From positions 64,001 to 128,000 of the IMG/VR virus record IMGVR_UViG_3300025534_000004: a stretch of 64,000 nucleotides of DNA, one strand, 5' to 3'. Source of the DNA: a virus. Positions 21,671 to 31,457 of this stretch are shown piece after piece. The translations under genes were made by a program, and so were the position numbers. The notes under the pieces were generated by a model. That model did no database searches, was not told the DNA's origin, and saw only the letters and a list, made by a program, of their open reading frames with translations. The first letter of the stretch is position 1. Every line of letters begins with the position of its first letter.

Positions 21671-21747
21671 TGGATGCGGGCGGGGGACTTGCACCCCCAT
21701 CGTTGGGTTATGAGCCCAAGCTGGCACTACTTCCAGTCTAGCCCGCA
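21671..21747 (-). tRNA. tRNA-Met(CAU), initiator-like, non-canonical T loop
   Basis: TTGGG-CTCATAA-CCCAA (3 G-C pairs), TGCGGGC/GCCCGCA acceptor, CCA; TAAATA at 21752-21757. Confidence 0.8.
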
Positions 21748-22288
21748 ACCCTATTTATCAGCGGGGCTTAATCCCGCGCTCGCACCGAATTAGGAGGCGC
21801 TGCGGCGTGAAACCGGCTTGGACTTTACCGACCGGGAGGTCCGGACCGCCCTCGCCTCGGACCGGTTACAGGCTTCCGTGGGTGTGCGGGACTATCTGAT
21901 GGCGCGGGCCAAGCTCAAGCAGCAGCGACGCGCTGCGTGAGGAAGAACATGGATGCATAGGCGACCCCGTTGTCGATCCTGTCGTCAGGAAGCAGGCCGA
22001 CGAGGATTGCCTTTCTTTCCATGCAGGTTTCGATGAGATCGTTCATACCGGCTCCCATCTTGAATTTGTACTATTTCATCGATCTCGCCACGGGCCGCTA
22101 CTGGTCCTCGAACGCTCAGGATTTCGTCGCGCCTGCTGATGCAACGCCGCTGACGTGGTCCGACCGCGTATACCGTGGTGCGCCCGCTGCTCGACGATCC
22201 GGACTTCCGATATACCATGCTGGCCGTCGATGACGCTTCCGGTCGCGCCGTTCTGCTTCGTCGGCTCAAAGGGCACTATCAGGTTAGA

Positions 22289-23854
22289 TCACGCAGCCAC
22301 TAGGGCTGGTGTCGTCCCTGATTTCACGGACGCCTCGCGGCGTTTGGATGACCTCACCACGGCCAGCGACACCCCACCGAAGTAAGGGTTCGTCATTCGT
22401 GGGTCGGCGGGGGCACCCCTGCTCCCGGTTCTGCCCGGCCGCATGGACCGGACACGTCGCTCCCCGAAGGCGCGCACGACTTCGGCAAGGACAGACGCCT
22501 TCGACTGGAACACCGAACCGATAGCCAGCGCACGGCGCTGGCCGATGTTGGGTGCCGCATTGAGGTCGGCGTGCTTGGTGTGGCCGCACCACAGGCACCG
22601 GAAGGTGCCTTGTGATGGGCGATTGCGCTTGTCCACGTAGCCGCAGGCGTTGCAGGTCTGCGACGAATAGGCCGGGTTGACCTCGGTGGACGTGATGCCG
22701 AACCGCTGTTCGATGTCGGCCAATTTCGACTGGATGACGGACCTGCCGCAGTTCCGCAGGATGGCGTTCAGGCGTCGGGACAGGTCCGGGTTGCGGAAGT
22801 CCAGCCGCTCAAGAACCAGTTCCTTCGGGCGCCCCTGCGCCACGAGGTGGTTCAGGACGCGGCCGACCTCGGTGCGGAGGAACCCGCGCACGTCCTCGAC
22901 CAGCGCCCGATACCGCTTGCTGTCGCGGGGCTTCTTCCCGGCCCGCTGCTGGCTGGCGGCGATCATCGTGAGCAGGGCGTCGTAGCGCCGCAGGCGCCTG
23001 AGCCAGCCCTGCCCGAGCAACTGGCCCTCGGAGGTGGCGAATAGTGTGGAGAGGCCGAAGTCGAGCGCGATGACGCCGTGACCATTGTAGTCAGCACGCG
23101 ACTTGGCGCACGCCTCGCCCATGTCGGTGACGACGCCGAAGGTCAGCCGCCCCTCGCGGTTCAGATTGACCTGCACGCCGTTGGTGACACGACCCGGCCG
23201 CTCCGCATGGTAGTCGTAGGTCAGCAGCGGGACGGCGATTTTCCGGCCCGGCTCCATGGTGGACAGGTTGACCCACCAGCCGACCTTGCCGCCCTGCGTG
23301 GCCTTGGTCGGGGCCGCGAGGCAGGCGGCCCGGTGGTCGAGGCGCATGGAGATGCGGGACAGGTCCGGCCTGCGGTGCCGCCCCATGACATGCCGCATGA
23401 TGGACCGCGCCAGTCGCCGCACGTCGCCGGGGATAATTTCCCCGGTGTCCTTCATGGCGATGTCCGCCCGGAGGAACCACGCTCCCATGCGGTTCACGAC
23501 GTGGAGCATGTGCTTGGTGTCGGGCGGCAGGGTGCTCCGGTTCACCGCGTCGCGGAATTCGTTGGCGCGGTTGCTGATCCAGCCCTGCAACTGGCCGACG
23601 ACCTGATACCGGCACATCTGGACCCGGTTCGCCGCGCCGATGACGGCGGCGAAGGTCGTCTTGTCCACGTCGTGGTTCTTGTTGAACCGGCCCGTCTCGA
23701 AGAACAGCCGCCACTGCTCGCGCCCTAGCAACACCGCGCCCCGGCGATACGCCGCCAGCAGGTCCAGCACCTTCGCCCGCTTACCCGCCGTCAAGTTCGA
23801 CGGCAGGAGGTCGGTGCGGTGGACCGGCGGGTGTTCGGGGCGCTTGCGTGCCAT
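22289..23854 (-). CDS. tnpB: TnpB/Cas12-like RNA-guided endonuclease, 521 aa
   Basis: RuvC-I ALDFG, RuvC-II LVLERL, VNPAYSSQTCNACG...CLWCG zinc ribbon, RuvC-III HADLNAA. Confidence 0.9.
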   Translation of the reverse strand: MARKRPEHPPVHRTDLLPSNLTAGKRAKVLDLLAAYRRGAVLLGREQWRLFFETGRFNKNHDVDKTTFAAVIGAANRVQMCRYQVVGQLQGWISNRANEFRDAVNRSTLPPDTKHMLHVVNRMGAWFLRADIAMKDTGEIIPGDVRRLARSIMRHVMGRHRRPDLSRISMRLDHRAACLAAPTKATQGGKVGWWVNLSTMEPGRKIAVPLLTYDYHAERPGRVTNGVQVNLNREGRLTFGVVTDMGEACAKSRADYNGHGVIALDFGLSTLFATSEGQLLGQGWLRRLRRYDALLTMIAASQQRAGKKPRDSKRYRALVEDVRGFLRTEVGRVLNHLVAQGRPKELVLERLDFRNPDLSRRLNAILRNCGRSVIQSKLADIEQRFGITSTEVNPAYSSQTCNACGYVDKRNRPSQGTFRCLWCGHTKHADLNAAPNIGQRRALAIGSVFQSKASVLAEVVRAFGERRVRSMRPGRTGSRGAPADPRMTNPYFGGVSLAVVRSSKRREASVKSGTTPALVAA

Positions 23855-24819
23855 CAGGCCGCTTTCGCCGTGACGAAGCCGTAGGACAGCAACCGCCCTT
23901 CGCCGTTGCGGACCATCTGCGTCATCCGGTCGAGGCAGGCGTCACCCTTGCGGTTCCAGCGGAAGGTGGCCTCGCTGGCATACCTGCCGAGGTGCTTGAC
24001 GCTGATCTGGTGCCAGACGCCGATGACGGCGCGGCGCATGAAGCCGTTGAAGGATTCGACCCGGTTGACGTGAACCCGGTGCCCTGTCGCCTCATCGGTG
24101 CGGGCATACTCGCGGTCGGAGTGATTGACCGAGAGGTGAGGCTGGTTCTTGCCGATGTGCTTGTAGGCCGGGAGGCCGTCCGTCATCACCGTGGCCTTCG
24201 GGTCCACCACCCCGTCCAGTGCCTCAGAAATCGCGGCCTTGCCGTGCGTCGGGATGACCTTCGCCACCACATCTCCGCCACGTTCGGCGGCCACGAGAAC
24301 GAGCGGGCGCTTGGTGCCCCGTCCTTTCGGGTTGGCGGGCGGCGGCTCGCTGTCGTCGTGGTCACGGGACGGCTTGGCCCGCTTCCGGGGCGGCGCACCC
24401 GCATACATCTCGTCAATCTCGACCACCCCGGCGAGAATGGGATTGGCTTCGGCCATCATTGCCCGGATGCGGTGCCCGAGGTGCCATGCGGTCGGGTATG
24501 AGACGCCCAACATCTCGCCCAACTTGACCGCGCTGATACCCTTGCTGGATGCCACAATCAGGTAGAACGCCTGCAACCATGTCAGCAGGGGCAAATGCGT
24601 CCGGTGCATCGGCGTCCCCGCCGTGACCGAGAAGTGCTTCCGGCAACCCGAGCAGCACCAGACCCGCTTCGTCCCGATCCACCACGCCTTGCCGACGAGG
24701 CCGCAGTGGTAGCACTCAGGGCCGTTCGGCCACCGGGCGTGCTCGAACCACGCCCGAGCGGCGTCCTCGTCGGGGAACATGGCGTTGAAGGCACGGAGGG
24801 ACATGGACTGCTGACTCAC
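23854..24819 (-). CDS. IS1595-family DDE transposase
   Basis: RWPNGPECYHCG...CSGC zinc ribbon, SKGISAVKL HTH, VEIDEMY, MTDGLPAY, VNHS, VNRVESF, KHLGRY...FRWN. Confidence 0.92.
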   Translation of the reverse strand: MSQQSMSLRAFNAMFPDEDAARAWFEHARWPNGPECYHCGLVGKAWWIGTKRVWCCSGCRKHFSVTAGTPMHRTHLPLLTWLQAFYLIVASSKGISAVKLGEMLGVSYPTAWHLGHRIRAMMAEANPILAGVVEIDEMYAGAPPRKRAKPSRDHDDSEPPPANPKGRGTKRPLVLVAAERGGDVVAKVIPTHGKAAISEALDGVVDPKATVMTDGLPAYKHIGKNQPHLSVNHSDREYARTDEATGHRVHVNRVESFNGFMRRAVIGVWHQISVKHLGRYASEATFRWNRKGDACLDRMTQMVRNGEGRLLSYGFVTAKAA

Positions 24820-25248
24820 GTTGCGACACTACATCTATTCAGCGTGTTCGTCAACCTGATAGGTCCGGGCTCAAATATCTGATCGGCATTCAGCGAAGTG
24901 CCCGTCACGCCGGAGATGCTCATCGAGGCTCTCCGCCCGCACGACGCGGTGTTGTGGTCCCATCTGGCGCTGGTTGATCATAAGGATGTCGTGGTGTCCG
25001 GGCGTCCGGTCAGGGATTTCGATCCCGAGGGCTGTGCCGAGCGTCTTTCGCGGATCGGAGTCTCGCCCGCGAATTACCGGATCGTCCCGCTCGGCAGTCT
25101 CCTGCTCAATGAGGAAGGCGCAGCGATGGTGATGCTCGCCGGAGGGAAGGCCGTCGGCCTCGACGCCGCCCGCGCTATCGCGGCAGAATGCAGTTTCGTA
25201 GAACTTCTTTCTTGACGTTCATCGCTCCTATGGCAGAGTACGGCCAGA

Positions 25249-25851
25249 ATGCGATTTCAGGAGCCGTCGATGCCGCAGGTCCGGATGTGGAAGTGCCCCA
25301 AGACGGGCAAGCTGTTCGAGGACCTCGACGAATACCGTCAGCATCTCCGCGAGGTCGCGAGCGAGCGGTTCATGCGCCGGAAGGCCGTTGATTTCGTGCG
25401 GGCCGCCACCAGCGAGCTTCGGTGCCAGTCCAGCTTCGAGGACATCGCCGAGTGGATCGTCGCCAACAGCACCATGCTGGCGGTACGGGCTGCCTATCAT
25501 AATGCCATCGGGTGGCGGCAGGGCGAGCCGAACCTGATCCCGCCCTTTTTCTTCATCCGGCACGTCGAGTTCAAGGACATGGAGTGGCGTGAGGCCATCC
25601 GCCATAACAACCACGCTCCGCTCGGCCAGCCGACAGACCGGGATGTGGCCTCATCAGGATGGTATGGACGGTTGATCTTCCGGGCCAAGGGCGACCATTA
25701 CTGCATTACGAGGGATTTGTTCGCGGAGACCGGCATCAACCTCTGCAACGGGGTGGGCGGCGACGGGCGCTACCGATACCAAGTGATCCTGTTCGATGAG
25801 GATTTCCCGAACCTCTCGGTGATGTCCCGCCTGCGGCAGGAGGCGGCCTAA
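25249..25851 (+). CDS. Hypothetical protein (start may be 25270)
   Basis: WKCPKTGKLF...HLR; TTGACG promoter at 25212. Confidence 0.55.
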   Translation: MRFQEPSMPQVRMWKCPKTGKLFEDLDEYRQHLREVASERFMRRKAVDFVRAATSELRCQSSFEDIAEWIVANSTMLAVRAAYHNAIGWRQGEPNLIPPFFFIRHVEFKDMEWREAIRHNNHAPLGQPTDRDVASSGWYGRLIFRAKGDHYCITRDLFAETGINLCNGVGGDGRYRYQVILFDEDFPNLSVMSRLRQEAA

Positions 25852-25907
25852 CCCGGCGGGTGCAGCCCCGGTGCTAAATATCCAAGGTCCATGCCGGGAT
25901 TGTGCCG

Positions 25908-26762
25908 ATGCTTCTTAACGAGATGTTCCTGTCCGAGGCTCCCATCGAGGACTTCACCCTGCTCGGGAATTGGGAGAGGTCCTCCTCTTTCCGCCACGAG
26001 CAGGACCGCAAACTCCTGACGAATCCGAAGGCGCAGGCCAAGATCATCCACAAGTGGCGCAACACCGAAGTGCCCTTCAACATGTACTTCGTGAACAGCC
26101 CCGAAGCCAACCGACATACGGAGATCGGTGAGGTGACGCCGGAGTGGCTTGCGGAGAACATGCCCAAGACCTTCCCGGAGTTGAAGCTGCGCGACGACGC
26201 GGTGAACATCATCTTTACGAACAACAAGGGTGATGAGCGCGCGCCAATGACGGCTTGGATCATCGCCCATCGCCTTGGACACGCGGTGTCACGCTGGCAG
26301 CGGAATGCCCGCTACCGGCAGGTGCCGGAGTTCACGGAAGCCCGCAGTGCGGTATTTCGCGTTACCTCCGAGATTCTCCGCGATGCCTATGGCTGCCGGG
26401 GAGTGCCGGGGAGCGAGGCCGAGCATCTCCGTACGCAGGGTCCTGCCTACCGTGAAAACGACAGGCTGCTGACCGGTTTCTACGAGGCCATCGGCACATT
26501 CCGCTCCGCGCGCGAGCGCAATATCCGCAACGAGTTCGAGTTCCTGCTGGAGTGCTTGGCTCAGTACATCACGACCGGCAAGGTGCGCTTCAACCCGCTG
26601 CCGGACCATTTCCGGTGCGGACGACGCCTCATCGACCTGACGCAGACCGGACACATTGAGCGGGAGGATTTCGACCGGCTGCTTGCGGGCCTTGCCAATG
26701 AACTGAACTACTGGTTCCGCGACCTTCTTCAAGCCTGCGTCGGCCGCATTTTCGTCATGTGA
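25908..26762 (+). CDS. Late protein, zincin-like with HRLGH motif, capsid-targeting-like N-terminus
   Basis: MLLNEMFLSE; WIIAHRLGHA...EFLLECLAQY; TAAATA at 25875-25880. Confidence 0.55.
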   Translation: MLLNEMFLSEAPIEDFTLLGNWERSSSFRHEQDRKLLTNPKAQAKIIHKWRNTEVPFNMYFVNSPEANRHTEIGEVTPEWLAENMPKTFPELKLRDDAVNIIFTNNKGDERAPMTAWIIAHRLGHAVSRWQRNARYRQVPEFTEARSAVFRVTSEILRDAYGCRGVPGSEAEHLRTQGPAYRENDRLLTGFYEAIGTFRSARERNIRNEFEFLLECLAQYITTGKVRFNPLPDHFRCGRRLIDLTQTGHIEREDFDRLLAGLANELNYWFRDLLQACVGRIFVM

Positions 26763-26796
26763 TGAGGATGACTCGCCGCAGCGAAGCCGGGGTCGG

Positions 26797-27402
26797 CTAG
26801 GGCGCCTCGGGTATGCTCCACCGGTCGTAGGGCGTCTGCCACTTCGCAATGTACGCGTTGGCATCGGCACGGTCGGTGAAGAACCGGTTGCCTGTCATAC
26901 CGAGATCGTACCATGAGCCGAGGGAGCAATATTTGCGGTTCGTGAAAAGACCTCCGCTGCTGCCCTGCCGGAGCGCAAGGCCGTTCTCCGCGTCGCACTC
27001 CTTGCTCTGCACCGCCTGCCGGGTGCGCAACCGCACGAACTCACCAGACCCGCTCAGCCATTGACCATTGCGACGGCGGCGCACATAACCGACTTCCGTG
27101 TAGACATGTTGGAACAGCGTGATCGTGCTCTGCGCCGCGCTGACCTGATAGACGACGCGCCACCCTCGTCCGTCTGCTTCAACAAACAGTAAGGTTTCCG
27201 GCCAGACGATCAGGGAGGGGTATTCTCTCGATTCCGCGAGCAAGGTGCGATATAGATCGCCGAGCGCCGGTTGGGTGATCGCAAGCAAACGTTCGACCGC
27301 ATAGGCATCGCTCCGGCATTCTTGAAGCCGTCTGGATGACATAAAAACCCTTTCTGCAATGATCCGGATTGTGGCGAATGCCTGCTCGCGGGTCAACCGC
27401 AT
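26797..27402 (-). CDS. Hypothetical protein
   Basis: 201-aa ORF with an operator palindrome over its start. Confidence 0.5.
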   Translation of the reverse strand: MRLTREQAFATIRIIAERVFMSSRRLQECRSDAYAVERLLAITQPALGDLYRTLLAESREYPSLIVWPETLLFVEADGRGWRVVYQVSAAQSTITLFQHVYTEVGYVRRRRNGQWLSGSGEFVRLRTRQAVQSKECDAENGLALRQGSSGGLFTNRKYCSLGSWYDLGMTGNRFFTDRADANAYIAKWQTPYDRWSIPEAP

Positions 27403-27921
27403 AAATCGGTTCTCAGAACCACATTGCTATTGACGCCACGACGGCTTGCCGTAGGCTGCGCCCCACCAAAATGAGGTTTGGTATGCGGATTTTTACCGTA
27501 GCGGCCCTCATGGTCGCCCTGATCCCCGCTGTCGCGCAGGCCGAAGCCGGTGCGAACTCCACCGAGGTCATCGACGTACGCAACCGGGTGGTTGCGCGGA
27601 TCGAGCATCGGGACAACCTGCTGTGGCTGTTCGATGCCAAGGGGCGCCTGCTCGGCACCGCCTCCGTCCCGCCGAGCCTGCAACCGCTGCAAACCGGCCT
27701 GACGCTTCCCCTCGATCTCTCGATCCCGCCCCGCCGCCGGTCCTGAGAAACGCCGACTTTGGCGAGCGAGACAGGCGGGCGGACGACCGCCTTGCCTGCT
27801 TGGCTCGGGTCCCGGCCTTCCATTGCGGGTCGGCTGGGCATCCAAAGGGCTCGAACGACGCTCTACCCGCGTCCCCGGACCACCGGAAGGGCTCGCTCCG
27901 CCGTGGACCAAACAAATAAGT

Positions 27922-27950
27922 TTGACGTAACCGCGTTTCGATGGTACGGT
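27922..27950 (+). promoter_or_regulatory. sigma70-like promoter with AACCG-N8-TGGTA operator
   Basis: TTGACG-17nt-TACGGT, A-rich upstream element. Confidence 0.65.
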
Positions 27951-27976
27951 TCTCCCATCAGAACGGGATTGGACGG

Positions 27977-28597
27977 ATGGCCGCCACGATCATCAACCGT
28001 ACCGCCTCTTGGTATCGTCCCTACCGGCTCGACGGCCGCAAGGTGCGCGATGTTCTATTCTACCGGAAGGGCGAGGTGGTGATCAGAACCGGTCGCGGTT
28101 GGATCGAGCGCCACGGCGACGTTTACGTCTCCGAGAAGGATGTGACCCAGATCAGGCTCGCGGCGCCGCTGCGCCGCGCCATGAAGGTCAACCTCACTCG
28201 GGGCGGCCACTTCTATGTGTCCGCCCGAGGCTTGGCGGGCGAGAAGGAATGGGACCTGTACCTCGATCTCGACGCGGGTGACTTCGAGATCAGCGAGGAG
28301 GAGGTCGTCCCGTTCTACAGCGACAGCCAAGGCACGACTTACTGCAAGGTCCGCAAGCTGACCGGCACCTTCGAAACGGGCAAGCGCGAGACCATCAGCA
28401 TCATGGTGCCGGACAGCCTCTTGCGCCAGAACAACCTCTACGGCCAGAAGATGGCGGAGATCGTCGCGCGCCTCGCGGCGATCCACGGCGGGTCCAACCG
28501 CTCGGTCAGCCCCGAGGATTTCGTCAAGAACCCCGAGCTTCTGCAACTCCTCAACGAGGCCGCCGCGCTCTACGCCGCCTCGAAGGAGGACGCCTGA
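27977..28597 (+). CDS. Hypothetical early protein
   Basis: Follows the promoter; strong GC3 codon bias. Confidence 0.6.
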   Translation: MAATIINRTASWYRPYRLDGRKVRDVLFYRKGEVVIRTGRGWIERHGDVYVSEKDVTQIRLAAPLRRAMKVNLTRGGHFYVSARGLAGEKEWDLYLDLDAGDFEISEEEVVPFYSDSQGTTYCKVRKLTGTFETGKRETISIMVPDSLLRQNNLYGQKMAEIVARLAAIHGGSNRSVSPEDFVKNPELLQLLNEAAALYAASKEDA

Positions 28598-29644
28598 TCC
28601 CGGACGCTGAGCCGGACCGAAGCCACGGCAGGCCATCGAAGCTTTCACACCAAACGAGGACCGAGCATGGACTGGACGAATTTGTTCCATCTGATCAAGT
28701 ATAACAGCACCGCGACCGGCCACGGCGTGGCGTTCAGCCTGTGGATCAGTCCGTTGCTTATCCTGCTGGTCGCGATCCTCCTGTTCTGGGTATGGTCCCG
28801 AGTATGACGACGCTGCGCACCGAGGAGGATGATCTCGCGCTGATGGACATGGCACGCCCCATCGCCGCCGCCGAGGTCATGCAGATCATCCGGTCTCCCG
28901 ATCCAGTCACCGCCCTCGCCCGGCACCTATTGCTGCGCGACCGGGGCGGCGAGAAAGCGCGGGTCCATGCCCGAGCAGTCTACCGCCTGAGTGGCAAGAG
29001 CGCAGAGGAAGCGCAGGCTATCGTCGAAAATCTCACCACCACCTTCATGGCCGAAGGAGGCCGCTGAATGTCCCAAGCCGCCGCTCCCGAGATCGACGTG
29101 GAAGTTTCCAACCACGGCTCAGTCATCATGGTCCGACCGGTCACACAGGCCGCCAAGGACTGGGTTGAGGCAAATGTCTCCCTTGAGGGCTGGCAGTGGT
29201 TCGGCGGCGCCTTCGCGGTCGAACCCCGTTATGCCGACGCCTTGATCGAAGGGATGCAGGGCGACGGCCTCATGGTCCATTGAGCCATTGCTCCAAGACA
29301 CGCCATGAGCCATCATGGCGCGGTCGGAGCATGGCATCTCCGATCAGTGTTGGCATGTTCTTGCCCCCGTCGTAACGCGACGGGGGGGCTTTTTCCTGAT
29401 ATCCTCCCGGCCATGAATGACCGAGGTCCCGGTTGGTCACATCATGCGCCTCTCCGGATGGCCTTTGATCATCGAACGTCTGTTCTCCGTTGGCAAGAAG
29501 ATACAGCGACGCAAACTTTTGACGGCCTCATCCGGCCATGAACGGCCGGGCTTGTGGCTGTTCAATGATCACTGGGGTCGTCCCGGCGCGCCTATGGGAC
29601 CACTGCGCCTTTGCCGCTCGCAGCGGCCTGAACCAAACAATAAT

Positions 29645-29672
29645 TTGACGAACCGAGTTCCTGTGGTATACC
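29645..29672 (+). promoter_or_regulatory. sigma70-like promoter with AACCG-N8-TGGTA operator
   Basis: TTGACG-16nt-TATACC. Confidence 0.65.
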
Positions 29673-29696
29673 GGTGCCAACAGGAAAGGACGCTTC

Positions 29697-30233
29697 ATGG
29701 AGCAGCAGGACCCTATCCCGGAGGAGCCCCGCCGCCTTTATCTGGCCTATGGCTCGAACCTCAACCTCGCCCAGATGGAGATGCGCTGCCCGACGGCCAT
29801 CCCCGTGCGGCGGCTGATGATCCGTGGATGGGCGCTGGTGTTCCGCGAATTCCTCGACATCGAGCCACGCGAGGGCTCCTGCGTCTATGGCGCCCTCTAC
29901 AGCGTCACCGCCGAGGACGAGAAGGCGCTGGACCTCTATGAGGGCGTGCGGCACGGCTTCTACCGTCAGGTCGAATTCCGGATCAAGAGCACCGGGGAGA
30001 CCGCGTTCTTCTACCGGATGAACGAGGGTGGCTACGAGGCGCCTCCCGCCCCCTACTACTACAACATCTGCAAGCAGGGGTTCCGCGACTGGAAGCTGCC
30101 TCTCAACGCGCTGTCGGCGGCGCTCGAAAGCGCCTACAACTTCACGCAGCAGGAGGTGCTGTCCCCGGCCCTGCGCCGCCCCGCCCGGCGGCGCCGGAGC
30201 CGCAGCCCGGTGGTCCCGACGATCATCCGCTAG
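29697..30233 (+). CDS. Gamma-glutamylcyclotransferase (GGCT/AIG2-like)
   Basis: YLAYGSNL...RCP...LDLYEG...FY. Confidence 0.88.
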   Translation: MEQQDPIPEEPRRLYLAYGSNLNLAQMEMRCPTAIPVRRLMIRGWALVFREFLDIEPREGSCVYGALYSVTAEDEKALDLYEGVRHGFYRQVEFRIKSTGETAFFYRMNEGGYEAPPAPYYYNICKQGFRDWKLPLNALSAALESAYNFTQQEVLSPALRRPARRRRSRSPVVPTIIR

Positions 30234-30308
30234 GCGGCGAACTCGCAGCAGAACGCGCGCCTGAACTCCGGCTGCCCGAGCGTGCCCTGCATCCTGCTCT
30301 CGAACGCC

Positions 30309-30989
30309 TCATCGCATTCGGGATGCAGGAAGTAGGGCAGCATCATCCGGCCCCAATCGCCTGATGTCGTTCCAGAGCCGATAGAACAGCCCCTTCGGCC
30401 GGTTCGGGGCGCTGGCGAGGATCGCCCGGCCGCCGAACGCTAAGCTGGGGGCGAGCATCGTCCACATCTCATGGGCGTTGTGGTGCGGAATGAAGGCGGC
30501 ATTGTCTATCATCAGCAGGTTGATCGCCATGCCGCGCACGGCGGCCCCGGACGCCTCGTGGATGATGATCCGCGAAACGCCCTCAAAGAGCACGTAGTCC
30601 TCGCGCACAGTGATCACGTCCCTCTGCCGCTGCTTGGCAAACCGGAGGACGGCTTCGGCCAATCCGGAGGTGAACCGGTCGGTCAGCATCAGCAACGTCT
30701 CGTTGGCCCTGCTGCGGGCGTAGTGGACCGCATAGGCGGCCAGCAAGGAGGTCGTGCCCATCCGGCGCGCCGCGTTCACCAGCAGCCGGGGACACCGTTC
30801 GAAAGCGTGGACAAGATCGCGCTGGAAATCATATAGGCGGAATGCGACCTTGCCGCGCACCGGATGCGGCAACCGCATCTGCTGGATGGCATAGTGGGCC
30901 GGGGTGTCGTCGGGATGCGCGCCTCTGATCGGGACGCGGCCGTCGCGCAGACATCCCTCAATCTGGCTGACGAGCCTGAACACCTTCAT
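30309..30989 (-). CDS. Degenerate terminase large-subunit ATPase domain (no nuclease domain)
   Basis: HPVRGKVAFRLYDFQ, ARRMGTT, VRGMAINLLMIDNAAF, ASAPN...FYRLW. Confidence 0.75.
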   Translation of the reverse strand: MKVFRLVSQIEGCLRDGRVPIRGAHPDDTPAHYAIQQMRLPHPVRGKVAFRLYDFQRDLVHAFERCPRLLVNAARRMGTTSLLAAYAVHYARSRANETLLMLTDRFTSGLAEAVLRFAKQRQRDVITVREDYVLFEGVSRIIIHEASGAAVRGMAINLLMIDNAAFIPHHNAHEMWTMLAPSLAFGGRAILASAPNRPKGLFYRLWNDIRRLGPDDAALLPASRMR

Positions 30990-31457
30990 TGGCGCTTGCC
31001 GTCTTGGGTGCGATGGCGAACGCGATATGAAGCACCCGGTCGCGCAGATCGTCCTTTTCCAAAACTCACATCCTCAAATCGCTTTCGTTCGGCTGCCGGG
31101 CACCTCGCTTCCGGGCGGCAACGCGCCATCTTATCGACGGTATTATTGCGTTCGCAAGCACCGATTTGATATGGTACAAACCTCATTTGAGGAAGCCATA
31201 CCGATGCCGCCAGACGATCTCCCCATCGTGCGGTCCCTGACGCCGCCGGGCTTTTGGATCGGGAACGTGTTCTATTCGGATACGCTCGCGGAGCGAATCC
31301 TGTCGCATTGGTCCGATGGGCCGACGCCGCAATATCCGGACCTGACCATCCACCGCTCGCCGGACCTCTACACCTACGATCCGGGCACCTTCCGCTTCTA
31401 CCTCGACGACAGCGCCCTGTTGCCCTGCGACACCGAGCCCGGCGAGGGCGACCGCCA

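Larger units (their letters stand above)
22271..24867 (-). mobile_element. IS1595-family element carrying tnpB, 2597 bp
   Basis: Terminal IRs GGGCACTATCAGGTT / CGGACCTATCAGGTT; 8-bp TSD GGCTCAAA at 22263-22270 and 24868-24875. Confidence 0.9.
22033..25215 (+). pseudogene. Phage gene interrupted by the IS (pieces 22033-22270 and 24876-25215)
   Basis: Removing the IS and one TSD gives AVLLRRLK|YLIG in frame; extra 1-nt shifts on both sides. Confidence 0.45.

Noticed and set aside
30309-30989. Functional packaging terminase
   Set aside because: Catalytic residues are substituted and the nuclease domain is absent.
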